Assembly: GCA_964016885.1 (NCBI GenBank)
Contig: OZ024745.1
Coordinates: 36,022,001 to 36,086,000, forward strand
Length of the DNA: 64,000 nt
Direction: 5' to 3'
Origin: Eledone cirrhosa
Taxonomy: Eukaryota
Positions 1-15,354 of this stretch are shown here, in pieces. Made by a program: the position numbers and the translations under genes. The stretch's first letter is position 1. Each line of letters begins with the position of its first letter. Below the pieces are notes generated by a model, which saw only the letters and a program-made list of their open reading frames with translations, searched no databases and was not told the DNA's origin.

Positions 1-330
1 AAGGAAACTATCAATGGATTTCAACCACTTTTTCGTTTGTATGGCTATTATGTTACTTATTCATTTTAGGGGAAGAATTTAAACCATTTCCTTCTTACAG
101 CAATAGTTGAAAAGAGATGTTTGAAACGGGTCAACGCAGTTTATACAACGTTCCATTTTGTGGTACACAGATATTTGCTTAGAAAGTCACAAATATGGAT
201 TACTTCTTGTTTTGTTAGCTACATCCGCACCCACCCACACCCACACACATATATATGAAAATACATATACATACATAATTTATATATAAATGTATATATA
301 TATATATATATATTTGTGTATGTATATATA

Positions 331-621
<291 letters not shown>

Positions 622-1029
622 TCAAAACAATTTGTACACGAAGTTTCCTGAACAATACAGGAAGATAGAGATCGGAGAGAGAAGACAGATTTTGCCGATA
701 CATGTAATAGCCAAATTAGTGTTTATATACTGAATATCTAATATTTATTTGTATACAGAAATCTATGTGCTTAGTGGAATTGTAGCCAATGGCATATTGT
801 ATTAAGATAAACAAGGAAGCATGAATTGTTGACCCCGCCAGCGAATTCTGTGTAATTCTGCAGGAAATTATTGAGAAAATGTTTTCTTTGATTGGATAAA
901 AACATTATTTGTTAGCAACACATAGCTTCAACAGACAACTCACCAACATATGTATGCGTAGACAAACACAGATTTATACATATATTGTATACATATTGCA
1001 TACATAGGTATATTATATATACATAGGTA

Positions 1030-1072
<43 letters not shown>

Positions 1073-1103
1073 ATATATATATATATGTATATATATGTGT
1101 ATA

Positions 1104-1143
<40 letters not shown>

Positions 1144-1955
1144 TGTGCGTTTATGTTTATAGAGAGATAGACAAATAGATATAAACAGATAGATATATGT
1201 ATAGGTATATTAATATACATGCAATTACTGCAGCTATATTTGCGTAATCAATGTTGTATATATATATATATATATATATATACACAATAATACATTCAAT
1301 GATACGCTCACACATGCACACGCACGCACACGCATGCACACACAGGCACACGCACGCACACACTAAAATAGGCATATATATGTTTGTGTTTTTGTGTGCC
1401 TACTTGTGTGCATATATTTCTTTAAATGTATGTAACCATGCGTTTTCTTTTCAATGGAGCTAGGTTTGAGTGTTTCTTGTATATAATCCTAATTGAACAT
1501 CAATTATCTATAACCGGAGGTAATTTTATAATCCTTGTGCATTTATACTTAGATTGATTAATATGGCAATTTGCCTCTTCAACAGCTTGATTCTTTAGCA
1601 TATGAATGTGTATACATGGTTATGTAGTGAACTGTGTGTGATTCTATATATATGTATATCTTTTATATTTATTTATGTACGTATGCGTGTATGAATGTGC
1701 AGACATACGGTCGTATGTACATGTCTAAGCGTATGTGTGTAGTCAGGTATTTTATTGCGAGTGTTTGTATATACAAAATATATAAAGTACACTCGCAAAT
1801 ATTGTCTTATTTGCAAAACATATATGTACAAAATATATAACATAGCTTATTTACCCCAGCACCGATTGAACAAACCTCATTGGTAATGGATAATCATCGT
1901 GGAATACTACATTTTGACGTTCTCACATGGGTACTGATGCAGCTGTAACATCACC

Positions 1956-1987
<32 letters not shown>

Positions 1988-2858
1988 CTCTCTCACTATA
2001 TATATATATATATAATCAATAACACAAGGGTGATTCATAATAAAGGTTTCTATGTTTATTATACAGAAACATTCCTTACAACCCTCCACATGCACCCGTA
2101 TTATGCACATATATACGCACCTGTGCACGCCCCCTCATCCATATACATATATATATATATTATGCCACCCTCCCCCAAAAGCATGTGTGTCTGGAATTTG
2201 TTAGCAGTGCAATACGGTGAAACATGTTGAAGTTATTTATATCCACTAGAGATGGATTTTGTAAATAGCAAATAATTTTTGCTGACTGTTTATTCAATTA
2301 ATTAATTATTATTGACTAAGCATCCTGTACCGAAATTAAATGTGTGTAACATCAAACGTAATGTTTTAGTCGCCAGTATGAGATTTGATTAATTGTCATG
2401 AAAATCAAGGTTAGGTTTACCTAATAGACGTTACATATTAACCTATTACACTATTTTTACAATAGAAATAGCATATGTGAATCAATATTTATGCCAATTA
2501 ACTAAAGTGATTTTCTGAAGACACTACAATTCGTGGATACACATAGCTATAGAACTTGATTGCGTCATGTTTGGGCAACCACTTGATCCCAGTTATAGCA
2601 GTCCCTTTATTGTTTCCGTCTAAGGTATGGGCAATGGTAGAAATATGTTTATATGCGATGGTCGTCTAAAATGTTCATAAGATGAACAGTCTCATGGAAT
2701 GATCAAATGAGGTTTCTTTTTCAATATAGTAACAAAGAAGCAATGTAATTATTAAAAAGTAGAGTGTAAATTAATGCATGCGAAATTTCACAGTAGTAAC
2801 ATCATTCCTTCATAGTCCTATGAACATTTCAACCGACCCTCGTACATATATATACATA

Positions 2859-2937
<79 letters not shown>

Positions 2938-3000
2938 CTCCAATCGTTAAGGTTGTCTTTTTTTCCCGGTATGTCAATATTTATTTATAAAACAAATCTG

Positions 3001-3066
3001 TATTTTAACTGATGAAAGTGCACCATAATTTGCCTTGGTTGCCCTTGAAATATGTATAATAAAATA
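3001..3066 (+). ncRNA. Minimal type I hammerhead-like motif (PLE type)
   Basis: TATTTTAA-CTGATGA-AAGTGCACCA..TGGTTGCCCTT-GAAA-TATGTA-TA-ATAAAATA; one mismatch in stem I next to the core. Confidence 0.55.
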
Positions 3067-3193
3067 AATATGGTTTTATAAATATAGTTTCCATTTATTA
3101 ATATATTGTATATTTACTACACTAAATTGTTGAGTGCTTTATGTCAGTTATAAACATTTTTTTAAATTAAATATAACCTCTGCATATATATAT

Positions 3194-3459
3194 AAATGGT
3201 TCCACAAAAGTTAGTTCACCAGTTGGTGAACTAACTGTTGTGTAACCACTTCTATATATATATATATAAATGGTTACACAAAAGTTAGTTCACCAGTTGG
3301 TGAACTAACTGTTGTGTAACCACTTCTATATATATATAAATGGTTACAGAACAGTTAGTTCACCAGTTGTTGAACTAACTGTTGTGTAACCACATCTACC
3401 TAACTCGTCCGTTGGACTGAGTGCTCTACCACTACGGATATTACCTTCTAGTGTTCCAC

Positions 3460-3463
<4 letters not shown>
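3194..3463. repeat. Three tandem ~60-bp hairpin units separated by (TA)n; the third continues into a unique tail
   Basis: TGGTTACACAAAAGTTAGTTCACCA-GT-TGGTGAACTAACTGTTGTGTAACCA at about 3194, 3268 and 3338. Confidence 0.85.
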
Positions 3464-3514
<51 letters not shown>

Positions 3515-3515
<1 letters not shown>

Positions 3516-4437
3516 AGGAGGATATAGTTCACTTGAAGCATTGTGTAATGAGGTATAAACGTTTGTATATGTATAATAAAGCCAAAAGAATGCAGGTTTG
3601 GACATAGAATAAATAATGCAAATGTAAAAGATATTGTTGACAATTAGTCTTTTACCTTAGATTTATTTAAATGTCCTTAATTTTCGAGATAATATCTCTT
3701 CTTCGGAGGGAAGTAAAGTGGTTAAACCAGTGTTCTAAATAGCTTGCCAAGTCATGCTGACAGGAAATGGTATAGAGTATCTGTTCTATCTCTAATGTCA
3801 AAGGTTAGGTGGATAAAGAGTAGTCTCCCTTTAAAAGGTTTTTTTTTGTACATGCCTGTTTAAGTGTGTGGGAGAATGCATGAAGGTGTAAGTATGTGAG
3901 TGTGTGTGTCTGAGTGTGAGAAGATATGTCTATACGTAAATGTGGGGGATAGATGTTATCTCGTGTTAGAACTGGTCTTTATGTGTGTATGTGTATGTGT
4001 GTGAGAGAATAAGTGGAGGTGTAAGCGCGTGTGTGTGTGTGCGTGCGTGCGTGTGTGTGTGGGGGGTATAAATATAGGGCTAGAAGCTCTATCAAGTTAT
4101 AAATTGGGTATTGAGTTCTAGTCTATTATTGATTGGTGGTTGTGTTTTGTCTATAATTAGTGCTTCCTTAATTCTAAGATTGTGGAGGTTTCTTTCCTTA
4201 GTTTCTATCCTTAGTTTCTATTTTAGGATGTCAGCATGACCTGGCAAGCTATTGAGAACCCTGGTTTAACCGCTTTACTTTCCTCCGAAGAAGAGATATT
4301 ATCTCGAAAATTAAGGACATTTAAATAAATCTAAGGTAAAAGACTAATTGTCAACCATATCTTTTACATTTGCATTCTTTATTCTATGTCCATACCTGCA
4401 TTGTTTTGGCTTTATTATACATATACAAACGTTTATA
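3515..4437 (-). mobile_element. Penelope-like element 3' fragment with inverted pLTR copy
   Basis: About 210-bp inverted repeat (3554-3762 / 4229-4437); minus strand ~4090-4200 encodes KERNLHNLRIKEALIIDKTQPPINNRLE, a GIY-YIG C-terminal-like motif; hammerhead-like motif in both arms; (TA)n flanks. Confidence 0.8.
4281..4317 (+). ncRNA. Hammerhead-like motif with CCGAAGA core (mirror copy at 3674-3710, minus)
   Basis: TCCT-CCGAAGA-AGAGATATTATCTC-GAAAATTA-AGGA followed by AATAAA. Confidence 0.5.
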
Positions 4438-5587
4438 TATATACATATACAAACGTTTATATATATATATATATATACGGAGGATTACTTTATCGTATCA
4501 GATGATAACTTTCTCAATATCACCCCCAATTGTTCCTGCACGTCTATACCCTCATATGTGGACGGAGGAGATTTTTCAATCTACCAACAGAGGACCCCCC
4601 CCCCCCATGCTTCCAGGCACTTACCACATTCCAGCATACGATACATCTGTACAATGGACTTCAAAACCTTGACTGTCCCAAACTATACTACATCTCTTGA
4701 AACTACGGAAATGGTAGAATTTCATTGTCGTAAATACGCATAACACCCCAAAAGCTAGAGCAATAGGTTCAATGTCTATATGGTGCCGGGAATGCAGAGT
4801 GTTCACCTGCATCGGCCGTAGAGACAGAATGACAGACATGATGACAAAAGAGACATCTGTACATTATGGATTATAGTGAAAAAACGCTTTTACAATAGTA
4901 GTCCCATTCTCTAAGTTTGAGATTATTATTTGATGACAAGCATATGCAAGATGATCAATACCGCGAAGACTGTAGGCTTCACTTCGGTGTTGTCCCCTCG
5001 TAGAAGTATACCTACACCACAGCTCGGATTCCTTCGCACACATTTGACATACTGTGCGCTCTCACAACAACCATACACTCAATTGTATTGCAATATACAT
5101 ATACATATGCACATATATATATATACATGCAATTACAAATAGCACTACCATAGTGTGATTCGTAATAGAGGAGTATATGATAGCTTAAAATGATGTTTAC
5201 GTAGAATTATCAAGAACATTATTAACCGTTGTCATATATCATTATCTAATAATTTATAATGAATTTATCATACAGTATTGCACGCTTTGACACAAGGTAA
5301 AACAAAATAGCATCGATTCTCTTATGGAAATCCATATAAAATATATATACTTAATGAGTTCAGAATTGTAGACATTACTGCAGAAGGGGACAGTCGTGTT
5401 TCATAGCTATAATTCTCATAAAAAGGAGTCGAAATTTTATGTTTATCTTGTGATGTTTCTACAGAGAAGTGAATTACTTTTTTCACCTTGCCACAGTTTT
5501 TTTAGATTATGTGTGAATTTGGAATTAGTTGATATATTATCTAGAACGTTTAGCCATAATAGATTGGTATTATATACATGTGTATGA

Positions 5588-5797
5588 GGGCGATGGGTTG
5601 ACAGTGTCGGTAGAGTGTCGGACAGCAAGCTTCGCGGCAGAGAGTTACGGTACTTTACGTACTGAGTTCAAATCCCGCCGAGGTTAGCTTTGCCTTTCAT
5701 GCTTACGGAGACGATAAAATCAAGCGTCAGTGAGTACTGGGGACGATTTAATCGACGTTCCTCACCATTTCAAATTCCTGACCTTGTGCCATCTTAG
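5588..5797 (+). mobile_element. tRNA-derived SINE (family S1), diverged copy
   Basis: B-box-like GAGTTCAAATCCC followed by GCCGAGGT..CTTTGCCTTTCAT..GATAAAAT core shared with the other copies. Confidence 0.85.
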
Positions 5798-5954
5798 TTT
5801 CGTATATTTGAAAAGGAACATGTTGGTCGAAGAAAACAATGTATATTTAAAAAGGTGATATGATAGGAGCATGTGTATGTCTGTGTATTCATTATTATAA
5901 TGATTTGTATAAAACCCAGTCCCCACAAAGTTTATTTTTCCCTATTTATAATAT

Positions 5955-6420
5955 GGCTTTCTAATCTAGACACAATACCAACAATTTTGGGGGAGGGGAA
6001 GTTCGATTAAATGTATTGTTGGTACTTATTATATCGACCTTGTGGAGGATAAAAGTCAAGGCTAACATCGGTGGGTTTGAAATCAGGATGTAACCCTATG
6101 CCACAAAGCATATTGTCTGAGGTTTTCCATAAAAAATAGTTTCTGATTTAGGCAGAAAGCCAACAATTTTGGGGGACCTGAACATCGAACAAATCGCCAG
6201 CTGTATGTTACTAGTACTTTATTTTATAGAACTTGTAAGAATTAAATGCAATGGCAACTTCAGATGCATTTGAAATCAGAACGTAAAAGGCCGTAACGAT
6301 ATGCCATGCAGCATGGTGTCCGGTACTCTACTGATAATGCCAATTTTAATTCAGTGAGGAAATAACCGGAACGAATGCTGCAAAACACATCCGACCTTCT
6401 AACAACGTTACCAATACGCA
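5955..6420 (-). mobile_element. Degenerate tandem S1 SINE fragments
   Basis: Two decayed reverse-strand copies (TTTCT..TAGGCACAA.. tail; ..TTTGAAATCAG.. B-box). Confidence 0.55.
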
Positions 6421-7158
6421 GTCTTTTAAGATATATGTAACTGGTGAAAATGACTTTGTCGATTACATTGTAGAAAACAGGAATAGAGATTTTAACATAT
6501 TCTCATCAGATTTTCAATGTTATAGCAACATTCTTGTTACACGAATATAACCTGTAGAAGTGTTGATAACATGCATGGCCTTTGTATACATGTACTCTAT
6601 ATTGTTTGCAAGGAAACTTTTTTATAACAATTTTGGTCTGATAAAGTATAAATGGAATGCGGTATAGAAGTAGTGTAATTGGCAATGCTGCTGGAAACAT
6701 CGAATTAATAACTTTATATTTTCTAAAATAACTGGGTAAATATATTGATTCGCGTTTTTCTTTCTAGCTAGAAGTCAGGGCCAATCTCTTCAGAAATATA
6801 TGTAATGTTATCTGAATAATGGAATACAGATTTTTTCACTGAATTTTATATAGCGTTTTTAATATTGTCGTATCTTATGGAAATAGATCCGATATCTATA
6901 GTTTAAAATATGAGTCGCTTTCGACTTCAGAGTTTTAAGTAGATAATTAAACTTTGATGTCTTAGTATATTGATATGAAGATGTTAGTTATGGCTGACAT
7001 AAAATATAGCCTTCGTTAGATAAGTATAATTTTAACTTGTTGAAATTCAGAATAATACAGACAAATCAATCTATCTACATATACATCTATCTGTCAATCT
7101 TTCTATCTATCAATCGATACATATTCCTTTCTCTGTGTATAAATGTCTGTCTATCAAT

Positions 7159-7169
<11 letters not shown>

Positions 7170-7247
<78 letters not shown>

Positions 7248-7338
7248 CCTCTATCTATGTATCTTTCTATCTCTCTATATATACACACAGATGTATATAT
7301 ATGAAACATTCCGCTTCCATGTTCATATATATATGTGT

Positions 7339-7430
<92 letters not shown>
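7170..7430. repeat. (TATC)n and (GT)n microsatellites
   Basis: Read directly. Confidence 0.97.
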
Positions 7431-7433
<3 letters not shown>

Positions 7434-8954
7434 AGTGTATTTTGATGTGTGTGTTCATGTATGTGAGTGTAAACATATGTTCAGACACTTGATCTTTATC
7501 AGTTATCAGTTCAAATATATAAAACCTTACTCTTCATTTGCTGGAAGGAAGAGAAAGAAAATCGTTGGCTGACAAGAGATTAATTTAATAACCTATTTCT
7601 AAATGTCTGCATTACTAATAAAAAGAACTACATTGCGACTTATTTCTATGTGCTTCTGTTAACAATCTTACTGACGGACGGGGCTATATTTAGAACCGAC
7701 TGTCATTAATGCTAACATTACATGTACTCGAAATGATGCAGCGGTGTCATTATTTAACAAGTTGTCTATCTAATAGCTGTTCTCTTAAAGCATTTTAAGA
7801 ATATAAATATCTGACCTCTCCCTTTATCTATTTCTGTGTGCGTAAGTGTACCTTTGCTTTTGTTAAATGAATACCAGTGAACATATTTATGAGCTATCAA
7901 TGTCTTCGGAGAGAATGCTCATTCAGCTCCAGTTTGTCTCCATTTGTTGATAGAAAATTATGAGATTTTATTCTTAAAAAAACTATTTTTGTCAAAATTC
8001 CCTGTCCGGTAAAGTAGAAGCGTTAGTAATTGATGTTTGACATTATATATTGTTAAATGCAGATATTGGAAAAACATAAAATGGGATTAAGAGAAGTTAA
8101 GGGAGATTTAAATATCATTACTCTGGGTCAATATACGAGAAGCACAATGCGAGGAGTAGTATGGTTGTTAGGAAGAATAAGGTAGATGAAATACAGTAAG
8201 AGGAACGAAAAGAGCGACTACAAATTTGTCTAAATGAAGCAAGTCAGATTTCTATAAATTCGCGTCTTTGTATGAATGTCCGAGTAGTGTAATAAAATTC
8301 CCCCTAATGTATTTATCTGGCGTTTAAGGGGGATTTTTATTTTCCATGCTGTGTGCAGATTATAATTTTTGCTTTTATTGTGTAGAGATTGGATCATATT
8401 TTAATTTCGCAACTAGTCCGGAGAGTCTTTGTTTTTAATTTAAAATTTAACAGAATTTGTTATATTCTTTTATGTATGTCCTTAAAGTAGAGGATGGCAT
8501 GGAATATATGCTTACTGGCATACCATACGTATATTGAGCATTGTAAATGTCACCTCATCAATTATCTTTTCAGCATTGCAAGTTTGGTCTCGTTGACATG
8601 CAGGTGGGTTATGTTATGAATACTTGCCTTAGGTTTTGAAGATGGATTTGCATTTTCCTTATTCTGGTTACACGAATAACTAAAGTTTATGTTGTACATG
8701 TTGAAACTATTTCTATACATGCAGTTAAGAGGGCAATAATTGTCTCTTGTAGTGAGCAAATCGTTTGTTAAATTAAACCTTGCATTGAATTAAAGGGTTT
8801 GGGAGTACATATTGTACCCTTACATCTTTGAGGTTGACAATAAAATTGAATGCGCAATTTTCTTCTTCGATGAATCTGCTATCTCGTAAGAATTTATTTA
8901 AATAGCGGTACACCTTACCGTATATTGCTTTGTAGGAATATGGACTAATGCTCC

Positions 8955-9003
<49 letters not shown>

Positions 9004-9004
9004 A

Positions 9005-9092
<88 letters not shown>

Positions 9093-9251
9093 AGAGAGAG
9101 AGATTTTGAGTATATGTCGGTTGTACACCAATACCCCAGTATGCAGATTGGAGCACTCGACGAAGTGCGCAGGTTGGTTTGGTTACTCCGGAGTAATGTA
9201 AAATAAGATAAAATAAATAAGTCAAATGATTAAAATTTACCTTCTTTTATT

Positions 9252-9306
9252 ACTGCTATATATATTTGGGTGACAGCCATCTGTGACTGTGACCTCTTCA
9301 GGCAGT
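9252..9306 (-). ncRNA. Hammerhead motif with GAAA mutated to CAAA, in a PLE pLTR remnant (~9100-9310)
   Basis: Minus strand: ACTGC-CTGAAGA-GGTCACAGTCACAGATGGCTGTCACC-CAAA-TATATA-TA-GCAGT-AATAAA. Confidence 0.65.
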
Positions 9307-10464
9307 CCGAATTAGTGTAGTATAGACAAGTACGTATGTTGTTGAGGTGTATAACCTTGTCAATACTCTGATATGCCCAGTTCCTGGTTGGGTTGTTATT
9401 TCACTGAGGAACTGGAATCATATGAATTCAAACAAACGAATTTCAGTGTCAAAGGGCCTTCTCTCCTCTCATTGGTCAGTTGTTAGAACATTCCTCATTC
9501 AAAAGTCTATAGAAATTCGTTCTGAGGCAAGCCAATCTGTAGTTATTGTTCTTGTTATTGTTAGGCACATCTGACGTCAATTCTTGTGTTGGTAGTTTTG
9601 TTATAAAAAAAATTAATAAAGTGGGAGAAGGATTAATAAAGTGGTAGAAGGATTAAGGTGGTAAAGGAACAAAATAACAAAAAAATGTCAAACTTCCCAT
9701 TGGTCAGTTTTGAGAGCATTCTTCAGTCCGAAGTCTATAGAAATTCTTTCTAGGGTGAGGCTCCCTGTAGTGTTTGTGTTTGCTATTGTTAAGTACATCT
9801 GACCTCTACCTTTATTTTGGTAGTGTTGTTGGTGTTGTGGTCAGCTTATGTCTTGCTGCTGCTGACAATTTAGAAGTATCTGTGTGTGTTTTTTTTATCC
9901 CTCCTGCCACCATCTCCCGTGGTGGTGTTGGTGGTGGTGGCGGCGGTGGTGGTGGTGGTGTGTGTGTGTGTGGGGGGGGGGGTTATTCGATGTATATGAA
10001 GAAATATAAGGCATTAAAATGAAGAAAACAGAAAATAAATAATAAATTGAGAATAAAGAATTAATGAAAAATTAAAGAAAAAGTAATGAAAATGAATATG
10101 TAGAAGTGAAAAATAAAATGAAGATTGAAATAAAGTAAGATAAAGTGTGTGTGTGCTATAGCCAATCACAAGGTCAGAAATATGTTGGATATATTGATAT
10201 GAGGAACAAGATGGTAAAATAATAAAAGAATAAGATAATCAAATAAAATGTGTTTTTTATAACCAATATATATATATAGTTGTTATATAGTAAGGTGTAT
10301 TATTGGTTGTCATACGGTCCAATAAACCTTTGTTAGCAATATTAAGTTCTCCATGCTTTTGTATATCTCCAGTTCCATTTATGGGAACAGCTAGATCATG
10401 TAAAGCGGAGTATTTGTATCAAATAAAGATCCGAAGGCATGGTATACATTTCCAATCATTTTAA

Positions 10465-10536
10465 TCACGACACGTTTCAATAAGAGATAGATCGATAGTT
10501 TGGTCATGATCGATTACCACTGGTCTCATCAGGTGA
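10465..10536 (-). ncRNA. Degenerate hammerhead-like motif
   Basis: Minus strand: TCAC-CTGATGA-(poorly paired stem II)-GAAACGTGTC-GTGA. Confidence 0.4.
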
Positions 10537-11442
10537 ATAATGAATTGCCTTCAAATCTTTTATATGAGGTGGAAAAACTAACGATGTTCACTCACTAGAG
10601 TTCTGTTCCACATATGAAGATTCAGCAGCCAAAACACGTCAACTATAACGTCTTCAGTCAGGGTCATAAATCCATCAAGTCTCTATCTCTCAACAGCTGT
10701 AAAAGACGCTGGATAGGTCTAATCTCAACATCAAATCTGTAGAATGTCGGTCGGTCACAATTAGTGTGACGCGAGGTCAGAGAAAAATATATAACCCAAC
10801 AGAGTACGCACCCAAAGTTAGGTTGCAAAACAACAAATGTTATAATGGTCAAATCTCAATTTTAACGATGTAAATTAGAAAGATTGGGAAAACCACAACC
10901 CTATACACACGCAAGTAAATTCCGTTCAACATTCTGCTATACGTATATCGATAGAATTGTAACATCCGTAACGTCTAAATAGTGTGTGTTTTGGTATATA
11001 CACATCCATGTGTAGAGCAAGCAGTCAGCTGGTATCGAACTCTGTATGTGCCGTTGTCCCGTTGAGAATCTGAGTCCCTAACACTGTGCGTGCAAGCACC
11101 CGCCATGTAGGCCACCAAGGGGTTCCATGTAGGGTTGGGTATCTGAGTTAAGGTGTCAGTGGGTGCGTTTCCCCGTCATATGGGCCCTCGGGCTTTTAAG
11201 ATAAGTGTTTGAGTGGTGGAGGTGCGTTACCCAACACAAAAATAAAAATAAAATAAAATAAAGTAAAACCCCCGGGATGGGCCCATTGATGGCGTGTATG
11301 TAGTATTGTCCATTCAGCAACTGTGAGCACTCCATGGTTAGAGGATCACAGATCAAAAACCTAGTGTAGTATTCAATTGATAAGATCGTGACTAGTCATA
11401 ACTGTGGGAACTCCGGTACAGTGTGTAGAATTATGTATAAAG

Positions 11443-11745
11443 AGCGTAATCGTCCTTAACTGAGTGTGTAATACGTCTAACTATTTACTAACTGAGAGAA
11501 CTCTATGGTTAGGGTATTCTAAAGTAATGGTGAGAGCGCGTAATCGGTCTTAACTGAATGTGTAATGGTTCTAACTATTTACTAACTAGGTATTCCAAAG
11601 TAATAGTAAATGTGCACTCAGCTGCGAGAACTCTATGGAAACATACCGAGTAGCGTGTGTAAGTGCGCAAACGATCTTAGCTGTCTACTACCTGAGTGTG
11701 TGATTGTCTATTTTTTGCTAATTGAGAGAACTCTATGGCTAAGGT
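11443..11745. repeat. Imperfect ~90-bp tandem repeat
   Basis: Recurring TAACTGAGTGTGTAAT..CTAACTATTTACTAACT and GAGAACTCTATGG. Confidence 0.7.
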
Positions 11746-11806
11746 AAAAAGGGTGGAGTTAGTGGTAGGTTACTTTGTATATACACTTTGTATATATATA
11801 TGTATA

Positions 11807-11862
<56 letters not shown>

Positions 11863-11864
11863 AT

Positions 11865-12065
11865 AGGAAAAGAGTCAGAACCCCGACGGCAGAGCTCAAG
11901 CCGTTTAAACAGCTATTTCTGGATAGTTTAGAAATAGCTGTCGAAAACGGCTTGAGCTCTACCGTCGGGGTTCTGACTCATTTCCTTTTACCCACTCTAC
12001 TACCCAAAGTATCGAGTACTCTGGTGCGTTATGTTCCACCTGTTCCTTATCACACTTCCTTCGTT
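11865..12065 (+). mobile_element. Family A element with 5' fold-back (arms ~11865-11920 / 11930-11985)
   Basis: Inverted arms and family homology read directly; (TA)n on both sides. Confidence 0.8.
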
Positions 12066-12679
12066 ATATATATATATATATAGGTGTGTATCGCAGACCG
12101 CCTATGCGGATAAATCCCCTGGGTATATGTTTTGGAAACATAGTGTTATTTCTCCTAACGCTTGGAACTGCAACCAATGGATGTGCTTCGTAGGGTGCTG
12201 ATATGATACGGAGAATCGACCTGTTACAAGGCGATATAACTGGAGAGCACCATACTTCCTATGAACAATCATACATGTAAAGCTGCACCACCGCTAAGCA
12301 ACTATTCTTCTCACAGACTCATGCTTGCAAGCTCTCTTGATCTGCCTGCACACCCTGTATTTGCACTGCTTGTGATTTGATGTATCTATGGTTTGCTTTT
12401 TTATGTTATTGTTTTTTTTATTATCATGCTGAGTAACACCTTCACTCATTCCTTGCTACACTGTCACAATCTCCTTATCATCTATTGCACCATTTATGTG
12501 ATACATTTTTGATATAATATTTGATGTAATTTTTTATGACATTTTATGATATTATGTGCGTCATGTATTGGTTCTTTTTCTATATAGCGCTGAGCTCGAG
12601 ACCCCCCTGCTGGTCCTTTAACCTTATTCTGATGACGCAGCTTGATGGAGCATGCAACTATTTATATACTCTTGTTTAT

Positions 12680-12727
12680 AGGTTCTGATGATTCCTGCCA
12701 TAGGGTATGGATGAAACACTGTTAGCT
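12680..12727 (+). ncRNA. Degenerate hammerhead-like motif in a PLE-like remnant (~12080-12775)
   Basis: GGTT-CTGATGA-TTCCTGCC..GGGTATGGAT-GAAACACTGTT-AGCT-AATAAA; a second CTGATGA lies at 12629. Confidence 0.45.
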
Positions 12728-12774
12728 AATAAAAAAATGTATTTCTAAGCACTCTTTGGTTATTTCCTAAAATG

Positions 12775-13155
<381 letters not shown>

Positions 13156-13170
13156 TAGTAATAGTAATAA

Positions 13171-13287
13171 TTGCTTCTACTTTTGGCACAAGGCCAGCAA
13201 TTACCCAGGTACATTACTGGTAAGTTATTTTATCTACCCCGTAAGGATGAAAGGCAAAGTTGACCTCGGCGGGATTTGAACTCAGAA
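13171..13287 (-). mobile_element. S1 SINE, 5'-truncated
   Basis: Core and tail identity to other copies; AATAGTAATAAT-like direct repeats on both sides. Confidence 0.85.
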
Positions 13288-13386
13288 TAATAATAGTAAT
13301 AATAATAAATTTGAAGAGTAAAATCCAAAGAGGGCTCGATAAGGATAAATATAGATCAAATGTATAAGAACCGTAGAGCAAATATT

Positions 13387-13467
13387 TATTAAAATAACAG
13401 ATTAAAGTTTCAGAAGATCCCGATAAGTGTGAAAGTTGCGATTCTTTTCTTAAACTTTAATCTGTTA

Positions 13468-13475
<8 letters not shown>
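13387..13475. repeat. Fold-back (24-bp arms) ending at (TA)n
   Basis: TATTAAAATAACAGATTAAAGTTT ... AAACTTTAATCTGTTATTTTAATA. Confidence 0.8.
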
Positions 13476-13510
<35 letters not shown>

Positions 13511-14619
13511 GTGTGTGGGGTGTGTGTGTGGGGAGGGGGTATAAACCAATAAGCATATCAACTCTATGCGAACTGGAAATGTTTGATATATATATATAAT
13601 CTTATTCTTTCTCGACAAAAAACTTACTGAAATATACAATTCTTTATAGAATGGAAACTAAGCCATAATTATGAAATAGGACTGTTATTTCAAACATTTC
13701 TGTTCACCATAGATATCTTCCTTGGTTAGCATCTTTCGTGGACTAATATTGGTGCGCAATCAATGATAACGGTGACATTAGCTGACCGTTCCGTGAAGAA
13801 TAGAACATCGCTGAAAACTATTCTACTAGGAGGTTACAGTAATTGTTTATTCACATTCATTCTTTTTTTCTCTCTGTCTTCCAGTCTGACAATTTTAAAT
13901 ATTTTGAAGAATCACATTGATACATTATGTTTTCTGTTTAGAATTAATAGGTTTAAGAAAACATTACGGGTTGATTTTGGAATAAATAATTTATTGTACT
14001 TCTTTAGACAAATCAAATTAAATATTCATTAACTAGTCCGAATCTTAAGTGAAGACACGCCATAACTTTCCCTTAATATATAGATATTAATATTATATTT
14101 TTCATCATAATTAACTCCATCCTATAAAGATATATTATGTTGAATTGGTTACCTTGTCAATTACTATGTGTAATAATATATATTTTTATATGATTTATCT
14201 CACTCTATCAGATTTTGTATAATACTTTATAAAATTTACATTAACACTCTAACCCTTATATTTCCTTATCCATGTCATAATCGCTTACTTCGCTGTTAAG
14301 AAATACTTTGTTGCCTTATAACTTAAAATCCAACATAAAAGTTTACTAATTGTTAACCTTTTAATATATGGTATCTTAAAACAGGAACCACAGCAACGGA
14401 TGATATAGACATTCTGCAAAACACACCGACACAAGCTGATAGCTTCATGACCGCCGTTTTCAGTTTGTTTGGCCTCTATAACGCATGTTAATTGGTCTGG
14501 TCTTCTTTTAGTCCATTAAGCACTTGCCGTATATTTCGAAAATTGCGTTTCACTTTGTTTTTGACCATAGCCGAAATACGATCTCGCTGAAATTATATTT
14601 GTATATATATATATATATA

Positions 14620-15275
14620 CTAGCATTAAAGCCCGGCGTTGCTCGGGGTTAGTAAGTTACCAACGTTAGATTGCACCACCCATTTTATGGCAGCACTTTT
14701 TTTTCTGCCAGGCACTGGGTGAGTGAATTGTAGACCTGGACTGCCGAATCAGGAGCTGCACCAGCAGTGACAATTGCAGTTTCGCCTATGGGTTATTATC
14801 TCTGTGCAAAGAAGTGTTGAAATTTATTGTTTCACAGTACTTGCGCAACACGCGCGTAGACGATGCCGGCCGAACAACAGAGCTGCGATGGAGTTGTTCT
14901 GCGTGGTTGTCTAATGTGTGTTTTTTAATAAGACAGTAGGGAGGGGTGTGATATGGGGGAGAGATAGCTGCTGTTTCTAACAGGTTTAGTGGCCTCGTAA
15001 AGGATGTGTTTTCTAAATTTAAGACAGTAAGGAGGGGTGTCATATGGAGGAGAGTTAGCTGCTGTTTCTAGCAGGTTTAGTGACCTTATAGGGGATATTA
15101 TTGTGTATAGTAAATAAACTGATACTTCTTTCTTCCACGTTCGTTGAGAGATGTTTTGAAAAAGATTTATCGTTATTTTTTTTTTGTTGTTGAATAAATT
15201 TAACTGTTGCTTTTGAATAATTGTTGTCATTGAAGTAAATAAATGTTTAACTGTTCCACACACAAAAACAAACGT

Positions 15276-15354
<79 letters not shown>

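Noticed and set aside
3194-3397. CRISPR-like array
   Set aside because: The spacers are (TA)n, the context is eukaryotic and there are no cas genes.
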